Shown here piece after piece: positions 16,902 to 26,594 of a stretch of 64,000 bases of DNA. Position numbers and translations under genes: made by a program. The DNA is from a virus. Below the pieces are notes generated by a model. The model had not been told where the DNA came from and did no database searches. It worked only from the letters and a program-made list of their open reading frames with translations. Positions within the stretch are counted from its first letter, which is position 1. Each line of letters begins with the position of its first letter. Where the stretch lies: the IMG/VR virus record IMGVR_UViG_3300025120_000020. One strand, given 5' to 3'.

Positions 16902-19459
16902 TTCTTCTTGAGATCCATTAATTTCATCATAATCTTGGTATCTACGACCCTTGCTGAGTCTACGAAATTACTACCACGACCTTTGCTTGCATTCAAGATC
17001 AAAATACAGTCTTTTGAAATTTTGTATTGATCAAGAAAATCAGAAAGAGTTTCAGACCTTGAGTTATCCATAATTAGAAAGCTAGTTGAAGCAGTATTAT
17101 CTGAACCTTCAATAAGCATATATTTGTTGCCGTTTTGAGATATCCTTGTAAAGAAATCTTTAACTTGGCAAACAGTTTTGAACTTAGAGTTCTCTGGAAT
17201 CTCATCCAAGTCTTTCAGAGAATTCATTGAGCCAAACTCGTCCTCAAAGCAGTCCTTCAAGTCAAAAGAATAACTGTAGCCCAATAAACTATTTTCATAC
17301 CACCAATTAGAAAACTTGCGATATGGTTTATTCTTGTCAAAAATTTCTTTATAGCTCTTAAACTTCTTTTTAAAAGTCTCAAACCTAGACTCCTTCATTA
17401 TAGGGCGACCATCATCAGCGATAGCCTTAGCCTCAATGACTTTAGATATTGCATGTAAAATATCATCACCGAACCTGTCTTTAAAAAGAATAAAATTCCT
17501 CTTTTCTCTATCAGTCAAGATATTGAATGCTTGAGCTTCTAGAACCAAACGACTCCTTTTCTCTGTGGTTTCCCCCATAGCTCCAGCTTGAATTAACGCA
17601 ACTAGAACAGAAATATTAATACCACAGCTTTTCGCAGCGGAAAAAACATCATACTTACTCGAAAAGCCATCAGAACCCTTAAAGTTTATAAGACCCTCAA
17701 TCGATTTCGCTGAAATACCTTTAATGCTATTTAAGCCATATCTAATGTTGTCCCCTTCAATCGAAAAATTCATTTTTGATTTAAATAAGTTTGGGGGCAG
17801 TAGTTTGATGCCGAAATGATCTAATTCTTGGTGGACAGAGGCGACAACTGCCAAGGGATCTGGATCAAACTCTGAAGATTCAAGGACAGACAAAAAGAAC
17901 TCTCTAGGATACTTATACTTTAGATAAACCGTCTTAGCTGCCAACTCAGCATAAGCAAAACTGTGAGACTTGTTGAAAGAGTAATCTGCTGAAGCTTGAA
18001 GAGCACTCCAATAGAAGTCACTAATCTGAGAGTCTAATCCTAAATCTTCTGCTGCCTGATAAATCCTATCTCTCCACTTGGGCATCTCGTCAGCTTTCTT
18101 TTTGCCAACAATGCGACGAAGAGTTTCTGCCTCTTCTAGGGTCAAACCGAAAACCTTATTAGCAATCTGCATCAACTGCTCTTGATACAAAATAACATTT
18201 TTAGACCAAGATAGGATTTCGTCTAGTTCTTTATGAAGGTCACTTGATTGGGGGGCTTGTTTTTGTCGAATGTATTCGTCAACAAATTGTAAAGCACCCG
18301 GTCTAGCAAGAGCTACAACATCAGAAAGTTCATTTAAATTATCTGGCTTAACGTCTTGGCACACTCTAAAGTTTGTGCTAGCAGAAATCTGGAATAAGCC
18401 TTCTGGATGATTGTAATCCTGAAGCTTCTCGTATATGAATCCATCATTAGGGTCAACGTCATCTATATTGATTCCAATCTTGTCGCAAGTCCTATGAGCA
18501 ATAGTTAGAGTTCTTAGGCCAAGAATATCGAACTTAACCATAAGGTCAGCGACATCATGCATATTGTAGCCTGTTATAAGGTCTCCATCTTTAGTTTTTT
18601 GTAGAGGAACAACATCTCCTATTGATTGGGAGCAAATGGCGATACCAGATGGATGAACTCCCGTGTTTTTAATTAAATTTTCTATCTTCTTCGCGTTGGT
18701 GAAAGTCTTATTGTGTTTCTTAACCCAATCGTCGAATTTTTCATTATCTTCTCTTGCATTTTCCAGAGAGGATACTTTACCGTGAAGCTTCGGAATCATG
18801 TCGCTAACCGCATTAGCTTGTTCCTCCCTAGCTTCATCAAAATACTTGGTCGCTTCTCTGATACAGAGCTTAGAACTAAAAGTGTTGAAGGTTAAGATCT
18901 TTGCTGTCCTGCCCTCATGTTTTTCTTCGATGTATTGAATAACTCTCTGTCTTTGCTCATAACTAATGTCTGAGTCAACATCAGGAAGTAGGCTACCAAC
19001 AAGAAACTCTTTATTGCGTTTATCGTAAACTTTTTTAGCACGACTCTTCGAAACAAAACGCTCAAAGAATAAGTTGTGAGGGATAGGATCAATATTGGTT
19101 ACCCCAAGCAAATACAAAACTAAAGATCCAGCAGCAGAACCACGACCTGCTCCAGTGGGGATACTGTTTTCATGGCAGAAGTTTAGAACATCCCAGTTTA
19201 ACAAAATATAATCTGTAAACCCAAGCTCTTCGAAAGTCTCTAATTCTTGTTTCGCACGATCAAAATATTCTTTTTTATTCTCATGCTTTGTAATTCCTTT
19301 ATCCCGCAATCCTTTGCGGGTAAGCTCATACATAATTTCTTTAGTGGAGCTTTCTTTGCCAAGCCCAATACTACTCAATACAGCTTCGCTGACAGAAGTC
19401 TTAGGTAATTCAACGCCAATAGGCTCACAATCGTCGTAAACAGAAAAATCTCCAAACAT
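16898..19459 (-). CDS. dnaE: DNA polymerase III alpha catalytic core lacking the PHP domain
   Basis: GAGRGSAAGSLV, FFERF, PDVDSD, HPSG, KFDILGL, YSFNKSH, IRYGL..IKG, C-terminal OB fold. Confidence 0.95.
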   Translation of the reverse strand: MFGDFSVYDDCEPIGVELPKTSVSEAVLSSIGLGKESSTKEIMYELTRKGLRDKGITKHENKKEYFDRAKQELETFEELGFTDYILLNWDVLNFCHENSIPTGAGRGSAAGSLVLYLLGVTNIDPIPHNLFFERFVSKSRAKKVYDKRNKEFLVGSLLPDVDSDISYEQRQRVIQYIEEKHEGRTAKILTFNTFSSKLCIREATKYFDEAREEQANAVSDMIPKLHGKVSSLENAREDNEKFDDWVKKHNKTFTNAKKIENLIKNTGVHPSGIAICSQSIGDVVPLQKTKDGDLITGYNMHDVADLMVKFDILGLRTLTIAHRTCDKIGINIDDVDPNDGFIYEKLQDYNHPEGLFQISASTNFRVCQDVKPDNLNELSDVVALARPGALQFVDEYIRQKQAPQSSDLHKELDEILSWSKNVILYQEQLMQIANKVFGLTLEEAETLRRIVGKKKADEMPKWRDRIYQAAEDLGLDSQISDFYWSALQASADYSFNKSHSFAYAELAAKTVYLKYKYPREFFLSVLESSEFDPDPLAVVASVHQELDHFGIKLLPPNLFKSKMNFSIEGDNIRYGLNSIKGISAKSIEGLINFKGSDGFSSKYDVFSAAKSCGINISVLVALIQAGAMGETTEKRSRLVLEAQAFNILTDREKRNFILFKDRFGDDILHAISKVIEAKAIADDGRPIMKESRFETFKKKFKSYKEIFDKNKPYRKFSNWWYENSLLGYSYSFDLKDCFEDEFGSMNSLKDLDEIPENSKFKTVCQVKDFFTRISQNGNKYMLIEGSDNTASTSFLIMDNSRSETLSDFLDQYKISKDCILILNASKGRGSNFVDSARVVDTKIMMKLMDLKKK

Positions 19460-20073
19460 TACAAATTCATTTCTTTTTTAAGTGCAGAAAAAACCTTAAA
19501 GCACATCTTGTTGTCATATAAGGCATCATGCAGCTTCTCTTCTTCAAACTCTATGCCAAAGAATTTAAGCAATTGGTTTTGAGAAACTCTCGCCTTGAGG
19601 GATCGGTCATGGATTATCTTATACTGCCAACTCAATAAATCTTTCTTGGGCTTATCGAGATCTTCCCTGTAAGCCTTGCCGAAGGCTCTAGTGTCATAAA
19701 TTCGATTAAGATACGAGTAATCAGGAGTTTCCCCCAATAACCTTTGCATCCCAGCTACCATGTAGACATCAAAGCCCAAAAGGTTCTGACCAACAATTTT
19801 ATATTCTGGGTTGAATAAATCAGCTTTAAAATCAGCCCAAACTTTCTTCAAAGGTTCTTTTCTTTCGTCATACTTGTCCCAAGTGAAACCAGTAAGGCGC
19901 TCTACTAATTTATTGATTTGCAGATCTTTATGACTAATATACCTATCGTTCTCTTCGATGATTCTATTACCTTGACAGATCAACCATGAAACCTGCCAAG
20001 TGCGAGAAGAATGTAAATTAAGTCCTTCAGTTTCCGTATCGAAAACTAGATATTTTTGATTATGTGGTAGCAT
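19459..20073 (-). CDS. DEDDh 3'-5' exonuclease (DnaQ/epsilon-like)
   Basis: FDTETEG, GQNLLGFD, HDALYD. Confidence 0.9.
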   Translation of the reverse strand: MLPHNQKYLVFDTETEGLNLHSSRTWQVSWLICQGNRIIEENDRYISHKDLQINKLVERLTGFTWDKYDERKEPLKKVWADFKADLFNPEYKIVGQNLLGFDVYMVAGMQRLLGETPDYSYLNRIYDTRAFGKAYREDLDKPKKDLLSWQYKIIHDRSLKARVSQNQLLKFFGIEFEEEKLHDALYDNKMCFKVFSALKKEMNL

Positions 20074-20761
20074 CTTTATAAGACTCCCAGCAGAACTCGT
20101 CTGAGCAGAAGTGATTTAGGTTTGGGCTTTGGAAAGTTGGAGATTTGCCTCCAGATCTATTGCAAGTAGCTTTATACATTTGTGAAGCTGCAAATTCATC
20201 TTTGTTGTGATGAACAATTGTCTTAACTGCTTGCGTCTTGACTCCAAGTCCATCAATAACAGACTTGATTTGAAAATCAAAAGGATGATTATTATCTTCA
20301 ATAAAATAAACTGGGTCTAAGTGTTTAATATCTATATGAGATAATCCAAAATAAAATAAATTATTAAAAATATAAGAGTCGTAAAAGGGGACGCAAACCT
20401 TAAGGTTTTTAAAATCTTCCTTACTGTATTCGGATAAAATCAGGGAATTGCAATCATTCAAAGATGCACTGGAATACATTTTTTTTAAATCTTTTACCCC
20501 TTCATTATTTTTTGCAAAAAGAACTAACTTGCTAGACCTTTCGTTTTCATCAACTCCATTATTTATAACAGGAATCCTAAGACCAAATACTAAATTAATA
20601 CGCTCCTCTTGAAAAAGATTGTTAAATATTCTAAATCCATAAAAGCTATCCTCAACCAAGACAACGCGATCCAAGGAGTTGAGCTTTGCGATTTCCAATA
20701 TTTTCTCTGCGGTCAGAATAGACTTACCTATACTAAACTGGCTCTTAAAGAGAGGTATCAT
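20060..20761 (-). CDS. Stand-alone PHP domain of DNA polymerase III alpha (degenerate metal sites)
   Basis: FKSQFSIGKSIL, VVLVED..YG, LVFG, LVLFAKNNEG.K.L align by eye to the DnaE N-terminal PHP. Confidence 0.8.
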   Translation of the reverse strand: MIPLFKSQFSIGKSILTAEKILEIAKLNSLDRVVLVEDSFYGFRIFNNLFQEERINLVFGLRIPVINNGVDENERSSKLVLFAKNNEGVKDLKKMYSSASLNDCNSLILSEYSKEDFKNLKVCVPFYDSYIFNNLFYFGLSHIDIKHLDPVYFIEDNNHPFDFQIKSVIDGLGVKTQAVKTIVHHNKDEFAASQMYKATCNRSGGKSPTFQSPNLNHFCSDEFCWESYKDATT

Positions 20762-20767
20762 GCAGAA

Positions 20768-20796
20768 ATCTTAAAGGAGGTCACTTGGGCTGTCAA
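20768..20796 (-). promoter_or_regulatory. sigma70-like promoter TTGACA-N17-TAAGAT for the polymerase operon
   Basis: ATG 6 nt downstream. Confidence 0.65.
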
Positions 20797-21817
20797 ACGA
20801 AAAAGACGGACAACCAGAATATTTTTTCTTCTCGATATGTGTGCCTACTCCTTCGTCAAGCATGACTTGTAAATCTTCTTTTACATAAGATGACTTGATG
20901 AACTTATCTTTTCCCCCAAGCAGGTGATAATAATCGAATGGAAACTTGAATGGACAGTGCCACATCAAATCTCCATTCTTTTTCAATTGCCCTACATGAG
21001 TAGCTCTACCACAAACAATTTTACCAGCGAACCCGTCTTCCTTTGCTGGATAACCCTTGTCCCAAGCAAGACCGCTAACCGCAGTCTTTTCACTGAAGTT
21101 GTTGATTACCTGCTGAACATCCGTCAAAAAATATTCAAAACCTTCTAAGTCTAGTTCATCTAACGGCTCCATAGCCATAAGACCTTCCGCATTTAAGTCG
21201 AACTTTAAGAATAAGAACTCCATGCGCCTCTTCAGGTATTCTGGATACAAATATTTAACAGCAAGGCAATACATATAATCCTGCATGTTGTCTGTATACT
21301 CCTTACCTTCGAAAACATTTTTAGAGGTTTTAAAGTCTCGGATTATAGCTGTTTTTTTTCTTTTAAAGAGGAATAGCTTATCTATAAACCCTAGTATCCG
21401 ATAATTCTTATCTCCTTCATCTACAGATATATCGAAATCTTTCTCAGAGATAGCTTCTGTAGGTTTCCCCTCTGTATCCCCAAAGAAGTCAAAATTCAAA
21501 CCCTCAACTGTCATCTTATTGATTAGGTCCATATTCTCAAAGTCGTCTATCTCATACTTTTTAGCATAAGCTTCGACCATCCTCTTAATAGGAGAGCTAA
21601 CATTTATATCTTGAGCTTTAATAATAGCCCTATAATGCTTCCTATGTCTAGGGTTACCTAAGTTCTCAAAAATAGCATGACAGATTGTCCCACGCAAAGA
21701 TCCATGATTAGATTTGTCTGGTAGACGCAAATGATACTTAGCCCAATATTGCCAAGTGCAAGTCTGCATTGTTTTAATGCGTGAGGCTGACAGAGGCTTG
21801 TTTTCAGATTTCTCCAT
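20771..21817 (-). CDS. PD-(D/E)XK exonuclease, Cas4/AddB/RecB-like
   Basis: LSASRI....C, GTICH..FE, GFIDKL, DFKTSK, Q...Y, C-terminal cysteines. Start placed at MEKSEN. Confidence 0.85.
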   Translation of the reverse strand: MEKSENKPLSASRIKTMQTCTWQYWAKYHLRLPDKSNHGSLRGTICHAIFENLGNPRHRKHYRAIIKAQDINVSSPIKRMVEAYAKKYEIDDFENMDLINKMTVEGLNFDFFGDTEGKPTEAISEKDFDISVDEGDKNYRILGFIDKLFLFKRKKTAIIRDFKTSKNVFEGKEYTDNMQDYMYCLAVKYLYPEYLKRRMEFLFLKFDLNAEGLMAMEPLDELDLEGFEYFLTDVQQVINNFSEKTAVSGLAWDKGYPAKEDGFAGKIVCGRATHVGQLKKNGDLMWHCPFKFPFDYYHLLGGKDKFIKSSYVKEDLQVMLDEGVGTHIEKKKYSGCPSFSFDSPSDLL

Positions 21818-22853
21818 AATGGAAGTCGTATTTTTTTTCGAACTTCCGTAAATTAGAAGTAAATGTTTTATTGACCCCACGTTTATTCATCTCTTTGGCA
21901 AAATCAATAACGTTGGCTATTGTTTCATTATGCTTAATTGATGCACAATATTCAACATATTTGTTTATTTGGTCTTTATCCATGTCTCCGAAATCATTTT
22001 CTGGAGGTGGAGAAAAAAATACTTTATCAAAATCAATTTGATCGCAGAGCTTGAATATAGACTTAATTGAACCTTCAAATCCCCTGTTAGAACCTGAATT
22101 AAAATCATTATTAAATGCAATAAAAATTTTATCTAAGGGCAAGCCATGCAACTTAGATATGAACTTAGGTGAAATATTAAGACCGAAAGAAACAAGAACA
22201 TTTTTGATTCCAGCATCAAATAATGAAATACAATCTCCAATCGATTCTACAACATAAACACTGCGACTTTCTTCAATAGCAGTTCGAACTTTGTCAATCG
22301 TATAATATGGATAAAACCAATCAGAACACCTCCCATTGTGCAACCATTTAGGTCTAGGGTCATCCGTTACCTTTCGGCCCGAAAAGCCATGTATCCTCCC
22401 GTCAGGGCGGCAAATGGGGAATATGACTCGCTGATACATTTTTCCAGACATTGCCAATCCGCACTTGAACTTCTTCAAAGTGTCTTCTGATATCCCCCTA
22501 TTCAAATAAAAGTCATAATGGGGTAGCAAGCGATTTAAACAAGAATCTGGATATGTTTTTTCTTCATTCAAAAGTTTTTTTTGAGCAGAGCGTTCATATA
22601 TATTTACACTATTACTCTTTAGGTAAGAGCTTAAAATACTTTTGTCATTAGTATTTAAAGTTTTCTGAAGTAAGGCTTCAAAGGGGAGAAACATAGAGTC
22701 TTCCACATAATCTTTCCAAACCCCAGTATCTTTATAAATCTGTAGTGCTGTAGAATTATCACCAGACCTATATACAGCGCTAGTTCTCCAATAAGAGCCA
22801 TGATCTTTTAGTCGATAACCAAGATCTTCTAAAACAGATTTGTAATCGGTCAT
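21804..22853 (-). CDS. DnaG-like primase (Toprim; Cys-less zinc-binding-like N-domain)
   Basis: YLNRGIS, RVIFPI, GFSGR, PKW, VVESIGD, NND, NDFGDM. Confidence 0.85.
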   Translation of the reverse strand: MTDYKSVLEDLGYRLKDHGSYWRTSAVYRSGDNSTALQIYKDTGVWKDYVEDSMFLPFEALLQKTLNTNDKSILSSYLKSNSVNIYERSAQKKLLNEEKTYPDSCLNRLLPHYDFYLNRGISEDTLKKFKCGLAMSGKMYQRVIFPICRPDGRIHGFSGRKVTDDPRPKWLHNGRCSDWFYPYYTIDKVRTAIEESRSVYVVESIGDCISLFDAGIKNVLVSFGLNISPKFISKLHGLPLDKIFIAFNNDFNSGSNRGFEGSIKSIFKLCDQIDFDKVFFSPPPENDFGDMDKDQINKYVEYCASIKHNETIANVIDFAKEMNKRGVNKTFTSNLRKFEKKYDFHYGEI

Positions 22854-24400
22854 TGCGAAAGACTGATTGGGATGTCATCACTTTCGTTGCTAGACTCCAA
22901 ATTAACATCAACGTTATTAATAGAATTAACAATATCCTGAAGGTCTCCGCGCTCTTCGATTCTAAAGTTTTGAATATTCAAGTTTATAAAATTCTTGCGA
23001 TTAGAGCCATCTGGCATTTCTATGGGATTAATGTCACGAAGAGGGTTTTTACCTAGATGACGAGCTTTAAGATTTACTAGCTTGTGAGTTCCGAATCGAT
23101 CTCCATCTTCATGAATTTCATCTGGAACTTTCCTCCTCAATAAAAACAGATGAGAACAGAATTGAGTGATCCCATCAGAAAGAGAGACCACACTTTCATT
23201 ATCGACTATCGAATCTGTTCCCCTGTTACCCGTAATCCCAAGTCTATTTGCTTGAACAGAAGTCATCATTGAAACGCAGGGCTTGCCATCAAAACACAAA
23301 TCCCTATGGATAGTTTGCTTGAACAAGTGAACCATCAAAGAAACTTGCTGCCAACCAGAATCGTTTTTGCCAACGCTATTAAAGTCTGTCTTGATATAAT
23401 CAAAACTAAAAATCATTTTATTACCCCTGCCAACTTTAGAGTAGTAATACCTTTTTAGATAAGAGCACATTTCTTCAGCAGACATACCAGCAACATTCAC
23501 ATAATAAAACTGCATATTACCAGACTTTATCTTATCCCAAGTTTGACGAACCTTTGCTACAACCTCTTCAACAGACCAATTCTTATAACTAGAAGTCCTC
23601 CACTTCCCACTTTGCAAGAGGTAAACAGGTATGCCGCTCATTGCAGAACATTGACGAAAAATAAGCTCCTCTTCACTCATTTCACCATTGTCAAAATGTA
23701 AGACAGGAATATTGTATTTAGCTCCAGTTCTTATTGTGTAATCCATGCAGAACTGAGTCTTTCCCACGCCAGAACGAGCAACAATAACAGAGATGTTTCC
23801 CTCTAAAAGTAAAGATCCGTAAATCTCGTTTATTCTTTCATGTGGCCCCATTAATCCAGATTCTTCAATAGGATTATTTCCCCTATCTTCAACCAAATCT
23901 TCCATCATATCAAAAAGATTAATTGGCCCATCATCAGTAAACTCAAAATCTTTAATATTTTTGTTATAAATCTCGTCAGCTTTATCTATAATTTCTGAAT
24001 ATTTTATATCAGGATCGACCTTTTTGACATAAGAAGCTACGTCCCTTGCGGAGCGATAGATCTCTCTACGAGCAGAGAACTTTTTCAATTCCTTTACTGA
24101 AGAAATAAAGATATCTTCAGTAATCTTATGGTAAACAAGGGATCGGATGTATTCTGGCAGGTCAATACTGTCTGGGAAACTAACCTTTAGTTGCTCCAAT
24201 CTTGGAATAAGAATAGTGTCATCAATTGACTCCATATTATTCAATGCATTGCGGATCAATTTAAAAATAGAAAGATGAACCTGAGAGTCTTCACTAAAGA
24301 AATCTTTCTCATTGAGAAACACTGAAACTTCAGCCCACTTGTGAGGGTGCTGGAGAAGACCCTTTAATACAGTCTTCTCTAGATCCATGCTAGATATCAT
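22850..24400 (-). CDS. dnaB: Replicative DnaB-like helicase
   Basis: ARSGVGKT, GEMS, FDYI, SVQANR, SDGI, KARH; DnaB-type N-domain. Confidence 0.9.
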   Translation of the reverse strand: MISSMDLEKTVLKGLLQHPHKWAEVSVFLNEKDFFSEDSQVHLSIFKLIRNALNNMESIDDTILIPRLEQLKVSFPDSIDLPEYIRSLVYHKITEDIFISSVKELKKFSARREIYRSARDVASYVKKVDPDIKYSEIIDKADEIYNKNIKDFEFTDDGPINLFDMMEDLVEDRGNNPIEESGLMGPHERINEIYGSLLLEGNISVIVARSGVGKTQFCMDYTIRTGAKYNIPVLHFDNGEMSEEELIFRQCSAMSGIPVYLLQSGKWRTSSYKNWSVEEVVAKVRQTWDKIKSGNMQFYYVNVAGMSAEEMCSYLKRYYYSKVGRGNKMIFSFDYIKTDFNSVGKNDSGWQQVSLMVHLFKQTIHRDLCFDGKPCVSMMTSVQANRLGITGNRGTDSIVDNESVVSLSDGITQFCSHLFLLRRKVPDEIHEDGDRFGTHKLVNLKARHLGKNPLRDINPIEMPDGSNRKNFINLNIQNFRIEERGDLQDIVNSINNVDVNLESSNESDDIPISLSQ

Positions 24401-24618
24401 CGAGCACCTCCCTCGTCCAAAGAAATTTCGACCAACTTACTCAAAGCCATATCGACACAAGTATTTTCTGTCTTGGTTGCAAAAGTAGGTTGACCCACAT
24501 CATTAATATAATAAAGGAAGAATCCCTTGTTTCCTCCGCTCTCAGAACCCGTGCAATCAAAAAGCTTCGTTAGAATGCTTATAGGTAACGTATTATCCGT
24601 TTTGTCAAAATTGTTCAT
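24397..24618 (-). CDS. Hypothetical protein
   Basis: 73 aa, ATGA-coupled on both sides. Confidence 0.65.
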   Translation of the reverse strand: MNNFDKTDNTLPISILTKLFDCTGSESGGNKGFFLYYINDVGQPTFATKTENTCVDMALSKLVEISLDEGGAR

Positions 24619-25022
24619 ATAATGTCTAATGCTCTTAGAAGCTCCTCGTCAATGGTATCCCTTTCCAATATTCTGACAAGCTTAATTTGGTTAATTTCAC
24701 AAAAATACTCCTTTTTCTCATCTCTCTGCAACTGAGAAAGGAAATTTTGCCTAGAGTTTGAGTGGAAGAACTTGTTGTATTTGTAATGTTGATTGCCATC
24801 CACCTCTACTGCAAGTTTTTTATTTGCGTTGTAAAAGTCTAATGTCATTCGTGTCCCAAGAACGGGAAGCTCCTCGAAAACAACATCAGAAACCCAATTT
24901 GAGTATAAGAGATCTTTAACTTTTTTTTGAAGCTTACTCCGACACTTTTTGTCCCAATCAATTAAATACTTTGTAGAGTTTTTGAGCTTTTGTTCCCGAC
25001 CAGTTGTCGTTAAAAAGATCAT
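24615..25022 (-). CDS. DUF559/Vsr-like endonuclease
   Basis: LDFY, AVEVDGNQH, RDEKK..C....I.L. Confidence 0.8.
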   Translation of the reverse strand: MIFLTTTGREQKLKNSTKYLIDWDKKCRSKLQKKVKDLLYSNWVSDVVFEELPVLGTRMTLDFYNANKKLAVEVDGNQHYKYNKFFHSNSRQNFLSQLQRDEKKEYFCEINQIKLVRILERDTIDEELLRALDII

Positions 25023-26146
25023 GCGAAAACGTTTTCAGCAATAAATAAGTGCATTGCTTTTGTCACCTCTTCGTTGCTCTCCAAGAGATCATACAAAGCT
25101 TTCATTCCTTGATACTTCTCCTGAAGTTCAATGCCTCTATCGCCAAGATATTTGATCAACTCCTCATCAAACTTAAACCAAGAAGCTGACTTCTCAATAA
25201 AGTTCCACATTAGAAGCATTTCAATAATCTCACGCTCAATCCAAATAGACTTTCCATCAGATCGACCATGCTTAATTGGATAGCGGATACGCATTCCCGT
25301 GCTCTCATTCGTAGACTTTTGAATATGAACCTTGGCATAATGCCCAATGATTGGATTCTCTGGGCTTGGCCTTGCCTTTTGGTCTTGCAAGATCAAGTCG
25401 GCCTGATTTCTCTTTTCGAAGTTAATGATCCAGTCTGGATAGTGAAGTGCTGCATTGCCACCGCTAGAATTGGTTTGGTTGTTTGGATCACTAGCTGCAT
25501 ACTGACTCGTCTTAATAGTTGACCGAACCTGAGAGATCATAATGCACATGTGACCAAATTTACCCATCCCAAGACTAACTCGCTTTAAGAAATCTGAAGT
25601 TAAAGATGCACCTGCTGCAACTTTTGCTGCGTCACTGGTAGTCTTCTCTAGGTCAGATTTAGGAATCAAGCCATCCATACTGTCGATGACAATGCAAAAT
25701 TTTTCTTTATCTGGGTTATTCTTTAGTAGTTCTCTAAGACCATCGAAAACTACATCATAAATATTGCACTCCCAAACAAGGCAAGTGCCGACTTCCCAGT
25801 CTTCTGGGTCAGTCACAAACTTCAATCCAGAACGCTTTTGGATGTCTCCTGATAGGCGACCCTCTGCTTTAATATAAAGACCCTTGGTTTTCTCTACTGT
25901 CTCAAGCATGTTCTTCATAACATGAAGAGCCTCGTTTGTTTTACCTCCTTCATTGCAGCCGATAAAACGCTGCAAACCAGCTCCAAGACCACCACCAATA
26001 AACTGGTCTAAAATCAAAGAACCAGTCGAAACTATATAAGGCTTCGCAGTATCTTCATAATTGTAATGAAACTCTTTGTTACTCTTAAAAAACTTCGACA
26101 TAAATTGCGAAGTGCCGATTGTTTCTTTTGCGCTTTTCTTACTCAT
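25019..26146 (-). CDS. recA: RecA/UvsX-like recombinase
   Basis: VSTGSLILD..IGGG, EGGKT, IVIDS, ISQVR, SGGNA..HY. Confidence 0.88.
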   Translation of the reverse strand: MSKKSAKETIGTSQFMSKFFKSNKEFHYNYEDTAKPYIVSTGSLILDQFIGGGLGAGLQRFIGCNEGGKTNEALHVMKNMLETVEKTKGLYIKAEGRLSGDIQKRSGLKFVTDPEDWEVGTCLVWECNIYDVVFDGLRELLKNNPDKEKFCIVIDSMDGLIPKSDLEKTTSDAAKVAAGASLTSDFLKRVSLGMGKFGHMCIMISQVRSTIKTSQYAASDPNNQTNSSGGNAALHYPDWIINFEKRNQADLILQDQKARPSPENPIIGHYAKVHIQKSTNESTGMRIRYPIKHGRSDGKSIWIEREIIEMLLMWNFIEKSASWFKFDEELIKYLGDRGIELQEKYQGMKALYDLLESNEEVTKAMHLFIAENVFA

Positions 26147-26585
26147 CTAAAAAATCTCTCAGGGTTTTTCTTTTTTCGATCAATCTATCTTCTCCGCATT
26201 TAAGCCTATGGTCAACCATTTTTTCGGAGTTTTTTGGCTTGTAGTAAAATTCTCTGAGCTTCTTGTCTAAGTATTCCAATCCATCTTTGGTTAAAAAATA
26301 TTTTATTGAACCATCGAACTTAAACGGAGGCTTAACCTTCAACAAAAAATCAGCATCATTTTCAAAGCGCTTGAAAACCTTCGTAGCTGTGATCATATCC
26401 AGCTTGTAATTCGTTGAAGGCTGATTATTCAGCATCTTCTTTATAAACTGCTGCCTCTCTCTAAAATAAGTAGGCTTTTTGGGTGTTTTTTTGTGGTTTT
26501 TAAATATAAACCCACACTCACACTCTAAAGCTCGGCTAGAACACAAAGAAGAACACTTTGGACATTCTTTTTTACCCCTTGGCAT
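26139..26585 (-). CDS. Hypothetical protein with N-terminal zinc ribbon
   Basis: CPKC......CECG. Confidence 0.65.
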   Translation of the reverse strand: MPRGKKECPKCSSLCSSRALECECGFIFKNHKKTPKKPTYFRERQQFIKKMLNNQPSTNYKLDMITATKVFKRFENDADFLLKVKPPFKFDGSIKYFLTKDGLEYLDKKLREFYYKPKNSEKMVDHRLKCGEDRLIEKRKTLRDFLDE

Positions 26586-26594
26586 AAAGGTATC

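Noticed and set aside
20771-21817. Cas4-like gene as part of a CRISPR system
   Set aside because: No array or other cas genes; it lies in the replication module like typical phage exonucleases.
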